Shown here: piece by piece, positions 41,808-56,200 of the stretch
How the letters are laid out: every line of letters starts with the position of its first letter
Numbering within the stretch: the stretch's first letter is position 1
Virus record (IMG/VR): IMGVR_UViG_3300031994_000011
Coordinates: 64,001-128,000 of that record
Length of the DNA: 64,000 nucleotides
Origin: a virus
Lineage: Duplodnaviria; Caudoviricetes
Reading direction: 5' to 3' (one strand)
The notes under the pieces: model-generated
What the model saw: only the letters and a program-made list of their open reading frames with translations
The model's database searches: none
Told to the model about the DNA's origin: nothing
Made by a program: the position numbers and the translations under genes

Positions 41808-42620
41808 ATGAGTGAAAACATTACTAATTTTATGGATGGACTAAATGAAAATGAGTCTACTAGAGCAATTGGCGATCTAATTGAGCAAGTCATGGCCATT
41901 CCTGATGATACTTTGAATGATACTACGGCTGATATGATGAGCGGCATTATTAGCGGCGCACTAACTAATGCTGTTAAGCAAGAAGCTGTTAGAAATATTA
42001 TGGCTAACTTCGAAGAAAATTCTTATACCAGATCTCAAGCTATTGCCCTTGTAGATAATATGAAGAACGAATTTACTGAGCTACTTAATGGATTACAGCC
42101 TTCTAAATATAAGAGAATGATTCTTGATAATCTATTTAATGAATTTTACTCTATGTTTGATAAGGCTCTTGAAACTTATCATAACTATAATTTCAAGCTT
42201 CCCGTAAAGCTAGACGAGGGCGCAAGAATACCGACTTACGCACATGATACTGATGTGGCTGCAGATCTATATGCTGCTGATGATATGATTATTCCTGCGC
42301 ATTCTCTAAGTAATATGGTTAGAACTGGTGTCCATATTAGACTACCAGAAGGCTGGTGCGCATTTGTAGTACCTCGTTCTAGTATTGGTTCAAAGACTGG
42401 GCTACGGCTAAGCAATAGTCAGGGTGTAATTGATAATGATTATACCGGGCCAATTGGCGTCCTTTACGATAACATTTCTGATTCACCTTATACTATTAAA
42501 GCCGGAGATAGAATCGCGCAAATGTATGTTCTTCCTGTTTATCACTTTAAAGGCGTTGAAGTTGATACACTTGAGGAAACTGAGCGCGGCGAAGGCGGCT
42601 TTGGTTCTAGTGGTAAGTAA
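41808..42620 (+). CDS. dut: Trimeric dUTPase with long N-terminal extension
   Basis: A.DL, PRSS, GVIDNDYTG, GDRIAQ, RGEGGFGSSG. Confidence 0.92.
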   Translation: MSENITNFMDGLNENESTRAIGDLIEQVMAIPDDTLNDTTADMMSGIISGALTNAVKQEAVRNIMANFEENSYTRSQAIALVDNMKNEFTELLNGLQPSKYKRMILDNLFNEFYSMFDKALETYHNYNFKLPVKLDEGARIPTYAHDTDVAADLYAADDMIIPAHSLSNMVRTGVHIRLPEGWCAFVVPRSSIGSKTGLRLSNSQGVIDNDYTGPIGVLYDNISDSPYTIKAGDRIAQMYVLPVYHFKGVEVDTLEETERGEGGFGSSGK

Positions 42621-43357
42621 TGGCAATAAACATTTATGTGGTTTCTAACGCACTTGAATAGCAAGGCTGGAAACTGATAAGTGATACTTATAAAAACTTA
42701 AATACTGAATTAGAAATGTAGTGTCCATAGGGACACAGGCAAATGATAACATACGGGGATTGGCGAAAGCATCCCGTATGTTAGATTTGTTTAGCTGGTG
42801 ACCCTTATAAGGTCAAAAAAAATAAGGTGCCAATCAAAAAGATTGACACTCAAAGAGTTTTAGCACTTGACGCAGCTACTGTAATAACTGGTTATGCTAT
42901 TTATGATGATGGTGCTTTAGTTAGTTATGGAACTTATAAAGTTTAGAAAAATTTAAGCACCGAAGTTAGAATAAATAAAATGAAAAAGTGGCTTGCGGCC
43001 GCTATTGAATAGTGGTAGCCTGATTTTATTGGATTATAGAATATTCAATTACAAGGGTTCAATGGCTATCAAAATGTTGAAATATATCGCGCGCTTGCTA
43101 ATCTACAAGGAGTTTTAATTGATACTATTTTCTAGGCTAGTGTAGACCATGATTTAGTTTATTCTACCTCATGGAGAAAGTATTGTAATGTTGGAGACGA
43201 TAAAGGCCGTGAGAATAAAAAGCGTGCAGCACAAGAAAAAGTAAAGTTATGGTATGGACAAGATTGTACTCAAGATGAAGCTGATGCTATTTGTATAGGA
43301 AAATATTTTGTTCATTTATTAAAAAATAATAAAAGTTCATGGGGTGAAGATATATGA
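42620..43357 (+). CDS. ruvC: RuvC-like Holliday junction resolvase with N-terminal Zn ribbon (multiple TAG; missing from the track)
   Basis: VLALDAAT.ITGYAI, PDFIGL*NIQ, WRK, QDEADAICIG. Confidence 0.88.
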
Positions 43358-43734
43358 TTGAGATTAACGTCTCTACTTTAGTTAATTGTACATAGGCGTT
43401 AAATGAACTAATTAAAAAACCATTGAAAATTAGAACTGCTTATAAAATTGCTAGACTCGCCAGAGAGGTTTCTAAAGAGCTAGAACTTTTTAATAATACG
43501 AAAAATTCTTTAATTTAGAAATATGGTGAACATGATGAGAATAATAATTTAATCACTGAAAATAATAGTTATAAAATTAGAGAAGATAAAAGAAAAGAAT
43601 TTGTAGAAGAGTATCAAGATATGATGCAGCAAACAATTCAATTAAATATTGAACCAATTACTTTAAAAGAATTGGAAAATGAAGAATTTACTCCTCAAGA
43701 AATTAGTAACATTATTGATTTTATTGAAGAATAA
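43354..43734 (+). CDS. DUF1617-like phage protein (2 TAG)
   Basis: AYKIAR..LI*KYGE.DE.N.. Confidence 0.7.
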
Positions 43735-43742
43735 ATAAAAAA

Positions 43743-43773
43743 ATAAAGAGCGGTCAAAAGGCCGCTCTTTATT
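43743..43773. terminator. Bidirectional terminator at the convergence of the two arms
   Basis: ATAAAGAGCGGTC-AAAA-GGCCGCTCTTTAT flanked by A/T tracts. Confidence 0.8.
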
Positions 43774-46700
43774 ATTTATTGTACATTGAAATATTAAAAC
43801 TTGTAAATTTTAGTGTTCCCTCATCTGCTATTTGCAACATTAACATTACTTTATTTATATTTTGGGTACTCGTCGCTGTAAAAGAATGAATTTTTGTAGT
43901 AACGCCACTACGTATAGCTATTGATTCACTTCCAACACTTTTACGTAGAGTATTATTATAATATAATAATATTTTATATTTTAAAAATCCTTGATAGCCA
44001 CTTTGTTGATTAAAATCTATCTATATTGTATATTCTGTATCTTGTATTAAATTTTTCTCAATAGAAAGAGTTTCTGATAAGTTTCTAGTAGGATCTGCTT
44101 TATTTAATGTAACAATTCCTTCAAAATTTATATCAAATATTGTATTTAATTGTACCGTAGGAATCTATGATTCTGTAGCAGTTTCTACTGCTCCATTTTT
44201 AGTTTTTAAAGTATTACATAATACATTTCCTTCAGAATCAACCTTAAAAACAGTATCGCCAAATACATTAGTAAATTCTAGCTACCCTTTATTAGCTTTT
44301 ACTTTAAATTCTCCACCTGCAAGAGTTATAGCTCCTTGAGATCCAATACTAATTGAACCGCCACCTAAGTACATTGAAGAATCATCAGCCGTTAAGTAAA
44401 TAGAGTTCCCATTTAACGCTATTCCACTACTATCAAGTACTATTGCAGCATTATCATTCATTGCCTTTAATCCAGTAATATCTGACTAATTCACCCAATC
44501 AGATGTACCATTTATTCTATATTGAACATTATTCCCATTTTCTTGCTTTTCTACATAAGTCATTCCATTATCATCGATCCAATATATTTCAGTATTGTTT
44601 GCAATTGTAATACCAGAATTTGATCCAATGAGCATTGGATAATTACTGTCATTTCCCAACACAAGTCCATAAGTTTTTCCCTTCCATACTGTTAATCCAG
44701 TAAGTCCGTATGTTTTAATTGGAGCAAAATCTCTAACTATGTCTGCAGCATCTTCAGAAGCAGAGGTCGCATTAGCATTAGCAACTGTTAAACCATAATT
44801 AGCAATAGGTTCTGTATACTAAGTTGTTTGCTGATTTGTTGAAGGATCTTTCCAAACTTGTTTAAAACTAGTATAATATGTATAGTCACTAATATAAGTA
44901 GGAACTGAAGTTGACCACTAGCTCTAAGTGTTAGCAGTTGGTTTATTTGGCTTACTTGTAGCTAGCTTATATAGCTATGTTGAAGAAATTAAAGATATGC
45001 CTTGTGATCCTTGTGTAACAGCTCCTTGCTAACCATCATTAGGATAATATTCACAGCTATATTCAGTTTTTGTACTATTATTTTTATAAGTTATAGTTTT
45101 TTCAATCCATAAATATTTTCCTTTCTAAGGATTTCGTGTAAGGCTCCATCCACTGCTTGGCGGATTGGTAGAATTAGTAGAAACAGCATACCTATATGTT
45201 GGATCACCAACGGGTGTAATCGCATTTATATCACTTAAATCATAATTGCCATTAGTAGTAGTTATTTGTGTGCCAGATAATTGGAAGCTATTAGCAACAA
45301 TATCTCCAGCTATTGTTAATTTTCCAGGAGAATATTTTAAATTATTACCTAATCTAAAGGCATATTTCTAATTTGTATAAACAGGTGTCCAATGATTAGA
45401 AACAAAATCTAAATCGCCGCTATAATCATCATTACTTTTATACATCTTATGATCATAAAATACTATATCATCTGTATTGTAACTAGTGTTTGGTTGAAAA
45501 GAAGGAATGCCTGCTATCTATGTATCTAATATAAAATTATTAGTATTAATCCACATATTTGAATTTGAACCAATTATTATCCCATCATTACTAATTTTAA
45601 CAAAGCTACCATTACTTAATGAATCATTCATCGTTGTTGTACCAATCATTATACCAGCCTAATCCATCAAAATCAAATTTCTTTGTCCATTTACTTGTGT
45701 GGCTAAACCAATCGAATCTTTGGTAATGACAACGCCAGAAATAGAAGAACTATTTTTTAGCGTATTATAATTTATATTAGAAGTATAATTTTGAGTACTA
45801 TTACTAATTGTTCCAATATTTTGACCTACTGCTAAAACAATTTTATCAGAAGTAATCTAAACCGCTCCATTGTTAGAGTTACTATTAGATATATTTGATA
45901 CTCCTAATAAAATTTGATTTTTATCTATTGCAACAGTCGCGCCATCTAACGTTTCATATTCACCAGTATTATCATCTCTACTCATTTTTTTTGAATTTCC
46001 AGAATAAAAAACAATTTTACCTGTAGAGCCCATCCAAATACCTTGAGTAGGATGAAGTATTAAAGCAGAAGCTGTATTATCTCCATTACCAGTTACCAAC
46101 TAAATCGGCTAATGTGGTAACTATTTTGCTTTTTCTAAAAATCCATTTAAAATTTCTGCATTCTAAATATTATTGCCATTTAAAGTTGTTAAACTACTCC
46201 AAGCTCTGATTAAAATATCTCCTGCTATGTTAAAAACTCGTTCTAAATTTTGACTTTTTTTAACATTATCTTCAAATTTAAATGTCATATAATCATCTAA
46301 AGTTACTGGAGATATATCTTCATCATTTAATTCAGCTTTACTATTTAAAACTTTAAAAGAATCTGCAAAAATAGTTCCAGTAATATATAAATCACCACTA
46401 TTTGGATCGGCCCAAAATACTTCATCATTATTCCAGTTTCTTAATTTTAAACCATCCCAGCTTACCTAAACTCTAGTTACACTAGCTGGTAATACTTGAT
46501 ATGAATTATTTATATAAACATTTGCATCTTTTTCAGCAATTAAGAATAATCCATTTTCATTAAATTTTACATACTATAATTCGGTATATCCATCAGAATT
46601 ATTAAAAGAATTAAGATAATCATCAAAGTTATTATATTCATTTTCACTTTCATTTTCATTTTCATTATTACTAACTATACTATTCCATTTATTCTAAAGA

Positions 46701-49700
46701 TCTTTAATTCGCTACAAGGCAGAAGAATCATTAAAATCTTCTAAGAAAGATTTATATCCAAATAATCCCTATTGATTTAATTGAAATCTTAGTCTATCTC
46801 CAGCAAAAATTTTAACTAAATTGGTATCTAATTGTCCAGTAGTAATTAAATCAGCATTTATTCCATTTGGCGTGATCGCGGTATTCCAAATCCAATCTTC
46901 GTTTTCATTTTTCTGAGAAGCAGTAAAAATTCCATCACATCTAAAATTCACAATACCACTTTCGCTAGTGCCAACAATGCCATCTTTCTAATTAATAGTT
47001 AATTTTCCATTATTAAAATTATAGACAATTCCACGCTATGCTAAGGCTTGCTATATTGATTCAATTGATAAATTTCCAGTAGAATCAAATGCACCAGCGG
47101 CCAATCCTATTGTATACGCATTTTTTTTCATATCCTAAGAAGATGCTACTATCGTTGAAAATAAATTTTCAAAATCAGTCTTGTAATTTTTAATAACAAT
47201 CTAATCCTCCCAGGGTTTATCAAGATGCATAGTAATTTCAGAAATATATCCTAAAACTTCTTCAAATTTTAACTAGTTATCATTTATATGAGCAATATAT
47301 CCCATTTTATTGTATATAGTTCTTATAAAATCTGGATTAACCATATTAACATCAATTTCATAAGATACCTTAGGAAATGCGTTCTATTTTAAAACTTGTA
47401 CAGCATCTAAATAAATTGAAGTATCTGCATTAGATAAACAATAATATAAATTTATTTTAGGAATTATCATGCTATTATTTTCTAAAGTTAATTTAGAAGA
47501 ATTTTGTGACTCATCATTATATTTTCCAACTTCTAATAACTCTTCAAGTTTTAAACATAAATAATATTTATCATTTCTAGTTAATAAACGATAATCCTCA
47601 TATTTTTTTAATACTCTATCATTATATAATATAGATAATTGAGTATCAGTCTATTTTAATTTCAAAGAATTTATCTAAATTCTTGGAAACACAGAAATAT
47701 AATACTAATTAGATTGAGAATTATCAAAATTCTAGCCATAGTTATCATTTGATAAAGATAACCAATCACTAGTAGATAGAGACTAAGTATATTCATAACT
47801 AATTTTATGTGTTACTGGATCAATACTTGCTGTTCTTTCCCAATTAGGACTGATCGATATTTTTTCTTTTATCTATGGCTTATCATTATTATAAGTAAAT
47901 TTTCCCAAACAAGCTTGTGTATCGACTGAGCTATCAAAAAAAGTATATTTATCAATTATTATATCAAATAATTGAATAATTTGTCCGCTCTATTCAGAAC
48001 CATTATCCTACAAATTAGTTTCATTTTGCTGTTCTTGTGAAGATAAAGATTCTTCTGAATTTTCAGAAGTTTTTCTTAAAGTTTTAGTAATATAACTCTC
48101 TGTAAGAGGCAACTTTCTAGTATCTTCTATAGTGGTGGTTCTCTATTGCGTAGTTACTTCACTGTAAAGATACTAATTATCATTATTCATTTTTATAGTT
48201 CTAGAATTTAATAAATATTTTTTATTATTATAATCTATTGTATAATTCTAAGTTATTATATAATTATTATCTTCTATAAATTCCTCAGAAAAAGAATAAG
48301 ATGCGTTATTATTCTCTACCTCAGTTCCGTTAAAATAAGCAATAACATTCTCTGAATTATTATCTCCATATGTAATATTAAAAATAAACTATATTGGATT
48401 CTAATGAAATAAATTCTTTTCTTGAATTATAACCTATTTTAATAACTATTCTTCTTCCGTGTCAGTCTTCTACTACGTAATTTGATATTCACTACTTATA
48501 GTATTTTTTCCAGAAAGAGTAATAATCATATTAATATTATTAATTAACAAACTATAATAATCTTCTTTTAATGTAATTTCAATTGAAATATCATTAATAT
48601 TCTATATATTATATAAATTATTACAATCAATTCTATTCGTTCCTTGAGATAAGTATTGATTAGAATTGGTATAAATAATTGTATTTTTATTTTTTATAAC
48701 TATTCTAGTATAAGCCCAATAACCAGAAGCAACTATTATTTCAAAAGATATTTTATTATTATTACTATTAATGGCTTCATTTCCGCCTTTAATTAAAGCA
48801 GTAAGAGTGCTTCTTCCCAATCTCCTAGAACTTTTACTTATTAAAAATACTTGTTGAAATGTTGACTCTTGTTGTTCAGGGATGACCTGTTGCTACCCCT
48901 ACTGTTTCTATTCAGTTATTATTTCATACTTTTTAATAACTGTTTTTTCATTAATTTTTTCATCTTCTGCATTAGTTGTAACTATTAATTGTTTTACCGT
49001 TTTTTCACTAAGCTAACTATTAATTTTTACAATAGTTTCTGAAGAAGGATATGTGGTTTCTTTTTCAAAAGAAGTTAATTGTGAATAAACAATATTATTA
49101 TCTCCGCCAGTTTGCATATTTTTAATTTGCTGTTTTGTCATATCTTTTGCGCCCAATACTATCAAAATTGGGAAGACATTTCCGTCCTTATCTTTTAAAA
49201 GTCCTAATTGACATTCAGAACCAATTGCAAAAGAGCGATAATTTTTCTATGTTTGATTATTTTTTAAATCATAAAAAATTAAACTTATATTATCATTATT
49301 TTGTATGCACTCTAACTGTTCAGAAGTTAATTTAATGCATGGATAAAATTCTTTATCTCTATTTATTCCAGACTCGTAATAAGGAAGTTGTTCACCATCA
49401 AATGGAACAGCATCCCAAATTGGAATAGCATATTTATTTTCATCTAAAAAATTCTAATCATAAGAATAACAATAATTTCCCTATGAATCCTATACGGGCT
49501 ATTCTTCAGAATCAATTATTAACTATCCAGTAGAAAATCCATTCTAAAACGTTGCTTTTAATTTATCACCATAATCATTATACTAGTCTGGAAGCCAATA
49601 TCCCTATCGTAAAGCGGGGCCCATCATCATCTAAAAATTTTGTATCTATTTTTGTTTTTCTAATAATAACTATTCATATCTCTACTTTTTATCTTTTAAA

Positions 49701-51409
49701 GAATCATCAATTTTTTCAATTTTTGCAGTAGCCTTTTCATACTAACTTTCATCAGATGCCATTTTTCTACTCCAAACACTTTTTACACGTTTAATATACT
49801 ATAATGGCTAATAATCATAAGTTAGATAAACCGAACGAGAGAAAGTAGAAGACTATGAATTAGAAGAATTATTTAAAACTATATTATTTACCTTAATTAA
49901 ATTATTAAACTAATCGAACTAAAAAGTTCCAAAAATCTAATCTGCAACCCTATCTTTTCCAGTTGCAGTATAAGAATATTTTCTATATATATGAAAACTT
50001 TCTGGTATAATACCAGTTTGACTTATATTTATAAAATAATTATTATTTTCTCCAGTATTTTGTAACAATATTCCATTTGTCGGCCGCTCTGCAGTAACAT
50101 GCAAAATTCCAGTATCCTCAGTAATACTATTTAATAAAGCACTCGCCTAAGTATATCTCTATTCTGCTAATTTTCTTCCTCTGTCATAAGTTGCTAAGTC
50201 GGCCTATACATTTAAACGAATCTATTCTAATTTTAAAATTTCTTCGCTTAATGGACCTAACTATTCATTTATTGTAGCAATTTTTCGCTAAAACTCAAAA
50301 ACTCCATTATATTGTTCATCCGTTATTGAACCAACAGTATGCATATAATCAAAATTTAATAAATAGTCTTCACCACTTTTATTTGCGGCAGTATCTAAAA
50401 TTGTAATAAAGCCATCTCTACTAGTATCACTATTTACTGGTTTTATATACATTTTTGTTATTAAATTTGTACTATCAGCTTCTCTACTAATAGAAGAAGT
50501 ATTATATGGATATGTAAAATCTAATGCTCCATATGTCTAATTTAAAAAATTATTATAATAAACTACTTTTTTACCTATTATATTATAATTATTATCATGT
50601 TCATATACATATTTACAATGAACACCAAAGGTCTAAGCAATAGTTTGTGTTAAATTATAAACATTACTTTCAGTAACATCTAATAATCTCTATTTTTCTT
50701 TTGCGGCCTAAATTTTTTTAGGTAATCCAGTTGTTCTATCCCATGAAGAAACATAAGTATCCTAATATACTTTATCACTACTTCTTCCTTTATAGCCATC
50801 CCAATTCATATTTACCTAATAAGTCCAATATTTTATACGATCAAAAATTTTATTATTCCAATATTGAATTGTCGCCCGTGGCTAAGAAATATTAAGCTAC
50901 TATCTTTCTGTTTCTGTCGAATTAGACCAAATTCCATATTCATTCATAAATTCGTCTTGAGATAAATCAATTTTATAGCCAATTTTCCCTAACTAATGAA
51001 AAGCAAGCCCTTCACAAGAAACTTCACAAGTTAATACGCCATTCTAATGTGTCTATGTAACCTTAGTTATAATAAACTAAAAAACTTCTTCATCCTATGT
51101 TGCGCGCTACTATGATACTTGTCTAACTGCATCTTTTTTATTGATAATAACTTTTATTTTTCTTGTACTCGCTACAATAACACCATTTGTAGTATTGTAC
51201 CAAATAGGATTCTAAATTCTTTTACCATCCTATAATATATACATCGGAATTTTAAAAGTAAATTCCTGAGTTCCGTCATCAACTATTTTTAACTCGGGTT
51301 CTTGAATCTGTCCTTTATTCTCTAAAGTGGCATACTTCAAGACGGATATAAATCCGTCTTGAAGCGTCCAAATAGAGACTTCATAATTACGAATATCACT
51401 TGAAACCAT
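43772..51409 (-). CDS. Large tail tip/baseplate-fibre protein (about 2545 aa, many TAG)
   Basis: I scanned most of the frame and found no TAA/TGA from ATG 51409 (AGGAGG RBS) to TAA 43772. Motifs YNLTQTIA*TFG, ITKMY, ALR*GYW, TAITPNGINADLITTGQL; beta-rich C-terminus. Confidence 0.8.
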
Positions 51410-51433
51410 TAATCAGTCTCCTCCTTTTTACCC

Positions 51434-53272
51434 TTAATAATACATATTTTTATATTCTATACCAAAATTAGTTAATGGTGCCTCAATAGGTAAATCTGTA
51501 TAAATGATATGAGCACAATGTTTACTTTCTTCATTGTTTTCATCCCATTCAACAATTACGCCACTATCAATTAATGGATAGTTTGTCTCCTATAAAAATA
51601 AGTAAGTTGATCTAACCATATCTCCAACATTTTCTACTTGTATAGAATATTCACCATTAAGTTGATACTCTATTTTTCCAACACAAATTCCAGTTTTTGA
51701 GTTTATAGAAAAAGAACCAGAACACATACTCTATTCATTATCAACAGTCTTCATAATAAAATTTTTCATATCATTACATACAGACATTAATGTTGTTTCA
51801 TCTAGTACATCCAAACCACTTAAACGCTGCTAAACGATATTTAAAGCATATGCTCGCGCGCCATTATGTGTAACTTTATCCCTTATATAAGTTTTTACAT
51901 CCTGCCATGAACTTCCTATTATACTTTCACCAGTTTGATCTTTAACATGTGCTAATTTATCAAACCAATATAAAACTTGATTATATCCATTCCAAGCCCC
52001 TGGTGTAGTAAAACGAAATTCATGTTTATGCTAACTTTCAATAATAATAGAATTATAAGTTTTTCCATCTTCATCTGGCGCATATTTATTTAACGGATAC
52101 TTAATATATGGAATCTTATTCTAACCAGTCTATAGTATCGGTTTCATTGTAAAATATAGAGTTGGATAACTTGGTGCATTGCCAGCATAATATAAATAAG
52201 CTATATTATTACTATCTTTACCACCACTTAATATAACATTAGTACCCTATCCGTCTTCAATAAAACTATAACTACCAATCGCTGGAGCATATGTAACGCC
52301 AACTCTTGAAATCATTACTGCTGCATATGGTGGATTTGTTCCATCCTATGGACTAGCTAATGCCGCTACAGTTCTAATATTACCAAGAGCATTCTTATAC
52401 TAAGTACCCTAAATTTTTATATCTCCACCAATAAATAAATTAGAATAAATTCTAACCATATTCGCAGTAAGAATATTATCCTATAAAATAATTTTTAATG
52501 CATCATTATTACTCATTATAGGATTATTATTATCATTCGCATCAGCCCATCTATATTGATAAAATTCATCTTCTTCTAAATCCTATCCAGTGCCACTCGA
52601 ACTCTAACCACGCTATACTATTTCGCCATCCACTAATGCAACCTTATATCTTTTTCCTAATAAATTCTATAAAGTATACCATAATGGATCATCACATATA
52701 AAACTTATTTTAATATCGCCTTTATATAACGTAGTTGGTATATTATAAATGGTCCCGGCAATAACTTTTTGCTATCTCCCCTAAAATACTAACATATTCA
52801 TAGCTGGCGGCGCCTAAACTCTTGCTAAAATTCCGCGATTGGGATGCTATGCTCTTACTAATTGTCTAATTTTTCCAGGAGCAAACCATGCTTTAAATTT
52901 ATCTAATTGTGTTTGAGTCATACCATCTGTAGATAATAAATACTAAAAAACTAATGGTTTTAAATGCGTTCCCCAATAGAATTGGCCATTTAAAACATTA
53001 TATTCCTATGTTAAATCTTCAAAATCACTATATAAATTATTTTGCATTCGCTAACCTTCTGTCACGCGAATAATTCCAAAATCCTAAATATATTGCCCGC
53101 CAAAACTAAAACTTATAAAAGAACGATACATGAAGGGGAGCCGAAGCTCCCCATCATGTGTTGCCTAATAAACTTGTCCTCGACCTGAAAAACTCTATTC
53201 TGGTATGTATTCTATATTCTATGGCATTTGAGAATTTCCAGGTCTTAGATATCCAACATTATTACCATACAT
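51434..53272 (-). CDS. Distal-tail (Dit)-like protein (about 612 aa, many TAG)
   Basis: AGGAGG RBS; SFISFSFGG..I*DFG, GQFYWG, A*HPNR, YKGDIKISFICDDPLWY; lies right after the tape measure gene. Confidence 0.72.
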
Positions 53273-53297
53273 TTTGCTATTTCCTCCTTTACCTCCA

Positions 53298-56200
53298 TTA
53301 AACTTGACGATATCCACTACGGAATCCTTGTCTAACCAATACGTTCTAAATTTCTCTTGCTACATTTTTAGCATCGTTAGATTGAATATTAAAGTTAATT
53401 GTAGTATCTTGCACCATGTTTCTTTGATTATTATTAACAACATCATTTTCAATAGTACCTTTAATATTATCAGTTAAATTACTAATATCATTCAATGTCT
53501 AAGTCAACGTATCCGCACCTCTAAGAGATCTCTTAAATGACTACTTCATATTTTCAGGTATGATTGCTGCTTTATCCTCTAATGAAGTATCTACAGTAGG
53601 AGTTTGAGTGGTTCCAGCCCTAGTTCCCTAAGTTCTACTTCCTCTAAGAACAGTAGTCCTACCACTACCACCACTACCACCGCCACCAGTAATAGGCTGT
53701 GTAGACTCTTGAGACTATTTTTTCTATTTTTTAGGCATAAGATCTTTGATAGTTTGCTATTGAGCTTTTGCATCATCGCCAGTTCCCTTAACATATTCAT
53801 CAAAGCGATCTTTAACAGTTGGGTCTTGTTTATCCCAATTTTCTCCGAAAATAGACTACATTGCAGCATCTGTTGTGCGCCATCCAATATCTGCGCTACC
53901 TTCAATAGCTTCTTTAATAGTATCATTCATTTTGCTCCAGAAAGGCTATAAATCTTTTCTATAACTTACCCATTGCTATGCTTCTTTTTGTATCTAAAGT
54001 TTTTGTTCTTCAAGTTGTAATGCAGAATAACTTTGATAATCTTTTGTGTTTGTTAATAAGAAACTTACAATGTCCTATGCATCTTGACTCATAATACTAG
54101 TAACTTCTTCCCATAATAAACCATGCTCTTTTTGATACTATAAAGTTTCATTCATTACATCTAATTGAGCATCTAATCTCTAAAGCTGTGCATCAGAAGC
54201 TTGTTGCATAGCATCAATGGCCTATTGTTGCATATTAAAATAAGAATCACGCTATTTTTCATCTAATTGCTGCTGTAAAGAAGAAATCTCAGAAGCTGAA
54301 CCACCAGTACGCTGTAATATTAAAATTTGTCTACGAAGTTTATCTATCTATTTGTTTTCTTTTTGATCCTAATACATTTGTTGTTCACGGTCAAGCTGAT
54401 CCTGCAGTCCCTTTAAATATTTCTAAGAACTCTTTTCAATGGCATCTCTCTAATCTTGTAACTTATCAATAATTTCTTTCTATCTATCTTCTATTGCCTT
54501 TACTACTGCATCTTCAACTTTGCGCTGATTATCTACTATCTATTCTAATATTCCATTTATATCAGATTCTAAAGATAAGATATTCTCAGTAGACTAACGA
54601 TAGCTATCATATAAACTATCTAATGTTTCTTTCCATCCATCTACACTATCCCAGAAATTCTGCATCATCTACATATATAATTCATTATCAGATTTATCAC
54701 CTTTATTTTTAAAATCAATAACTGTACCATCATCATTATATTTAAGAACTTCTGTATCAAATCCTATAGATTTCAAATATTGTATTTGTTTATCCGCGCT
54801 TTCTGCCCAACCAGTAATTTTACCATTAACATCTCTAGTAGTTAATTTTTCAAGTACATCTAAGCCTTTTCCTAAACCAGAAGTATATTGTTGTAAGCCA
54901 TTTTCATCATAAGTAAATATATTACTATAAGTAGAAGCAGCAAGCTAAGCACGTTTTCTATCATACCAACTCTTTTGTAGATAAATCAATTCTTTTGTGG
55001 CAGTAATTTGTTCCATTAAATTTTCTAACTACTTTCTACGACTATTGTAAATGGCTTGTCCATTGGCAATTCTATCTGATTCCAGCTTATCTCTTAATGT
55101 TTGTTGATGTGTAATATCTTGTTCTAATTTATCAATTTGTCTTGTTAAATTGTACCAACGTTCGATTTCAGCAGTAGTGGTTTTAACTTCTTTATCTTTA
55201 TTTCCACCACCACCGCCTCCGCCGCCACCGCCACCAGCGGCCTATTTACCGGCAAGAGAACCAAGATCTTGAGCAGAAGCATTAAGTATTGTCTACCACA
55301 TTGCTCTTATTTGCTTCAATGCTGCTAATGCCGCAGAAGCGCTAGCAAAAGCAGGGCCAACAGTTCCAGTAGCAAGAGATACAGCTACGCGCTAATTAGT
55401 TACAGGTTTACCATGTCCACCTTTTCTACCACTAAGTAATCTACGAGTCTGTAAATGATTAAATACAATAGCATCTGGCGGAAGGTCTACCATTTCAGCT
55501 CCATTTTGACCTACGACATTATATTTACCATTAGCAACAACTAATTCAGGTCCAAGCTAGCCCATAAGAGTCTTTTGATTACCACCAGCTAAAGCAACGT
55601 TACCTTTCGCGGCAATAGTTATCTATTTATCTTTTGCAGGACTTTGACCTTTTACAGTAGCAGGAGAATTTTCACCGCCACCGGCCATTTTAACCTATAT
55701 AGTAGCAACTATTTGAATTAATTTTTTATATGGAATTGAATTTATTGCACTAATTAAACTATAAATTTTCCCAGATCCACTAGATGGAATACTATTCATA
55801 GCAGAAGCAAGCGTTCCTATTGACCCAGTCGCATTACTAACTCCTTGAGCTACTGCTTGTGCCATTGCTGCAGCACTTTGACTTGCATTATTCGCAGCAT
55901 CAACAACTTGTTGAGCACCACTAATAGCTGACTAAAAATCAAAACCAGTTTGGGTTTGGCCATTCGTCACTTGCCCCATACTTGAATTTTTAAAAGCAGC
56001 AGCAATATTATTTATAATATCTGCAGGAGAAGAGGTATCGGAAACAACAGCACTGTCTTTTTTATTGCCAGCCTTATAAATATCTTTCTAAGAAATTTTA
56101 TTATTTAAACTATCTATTGCCTATGCTATTTCATTACCTGTATCTGCTATTTTCTTTGCTGTAGTCTGATCACCATTTCCAGTAGAAGGTGGCTATCTTA

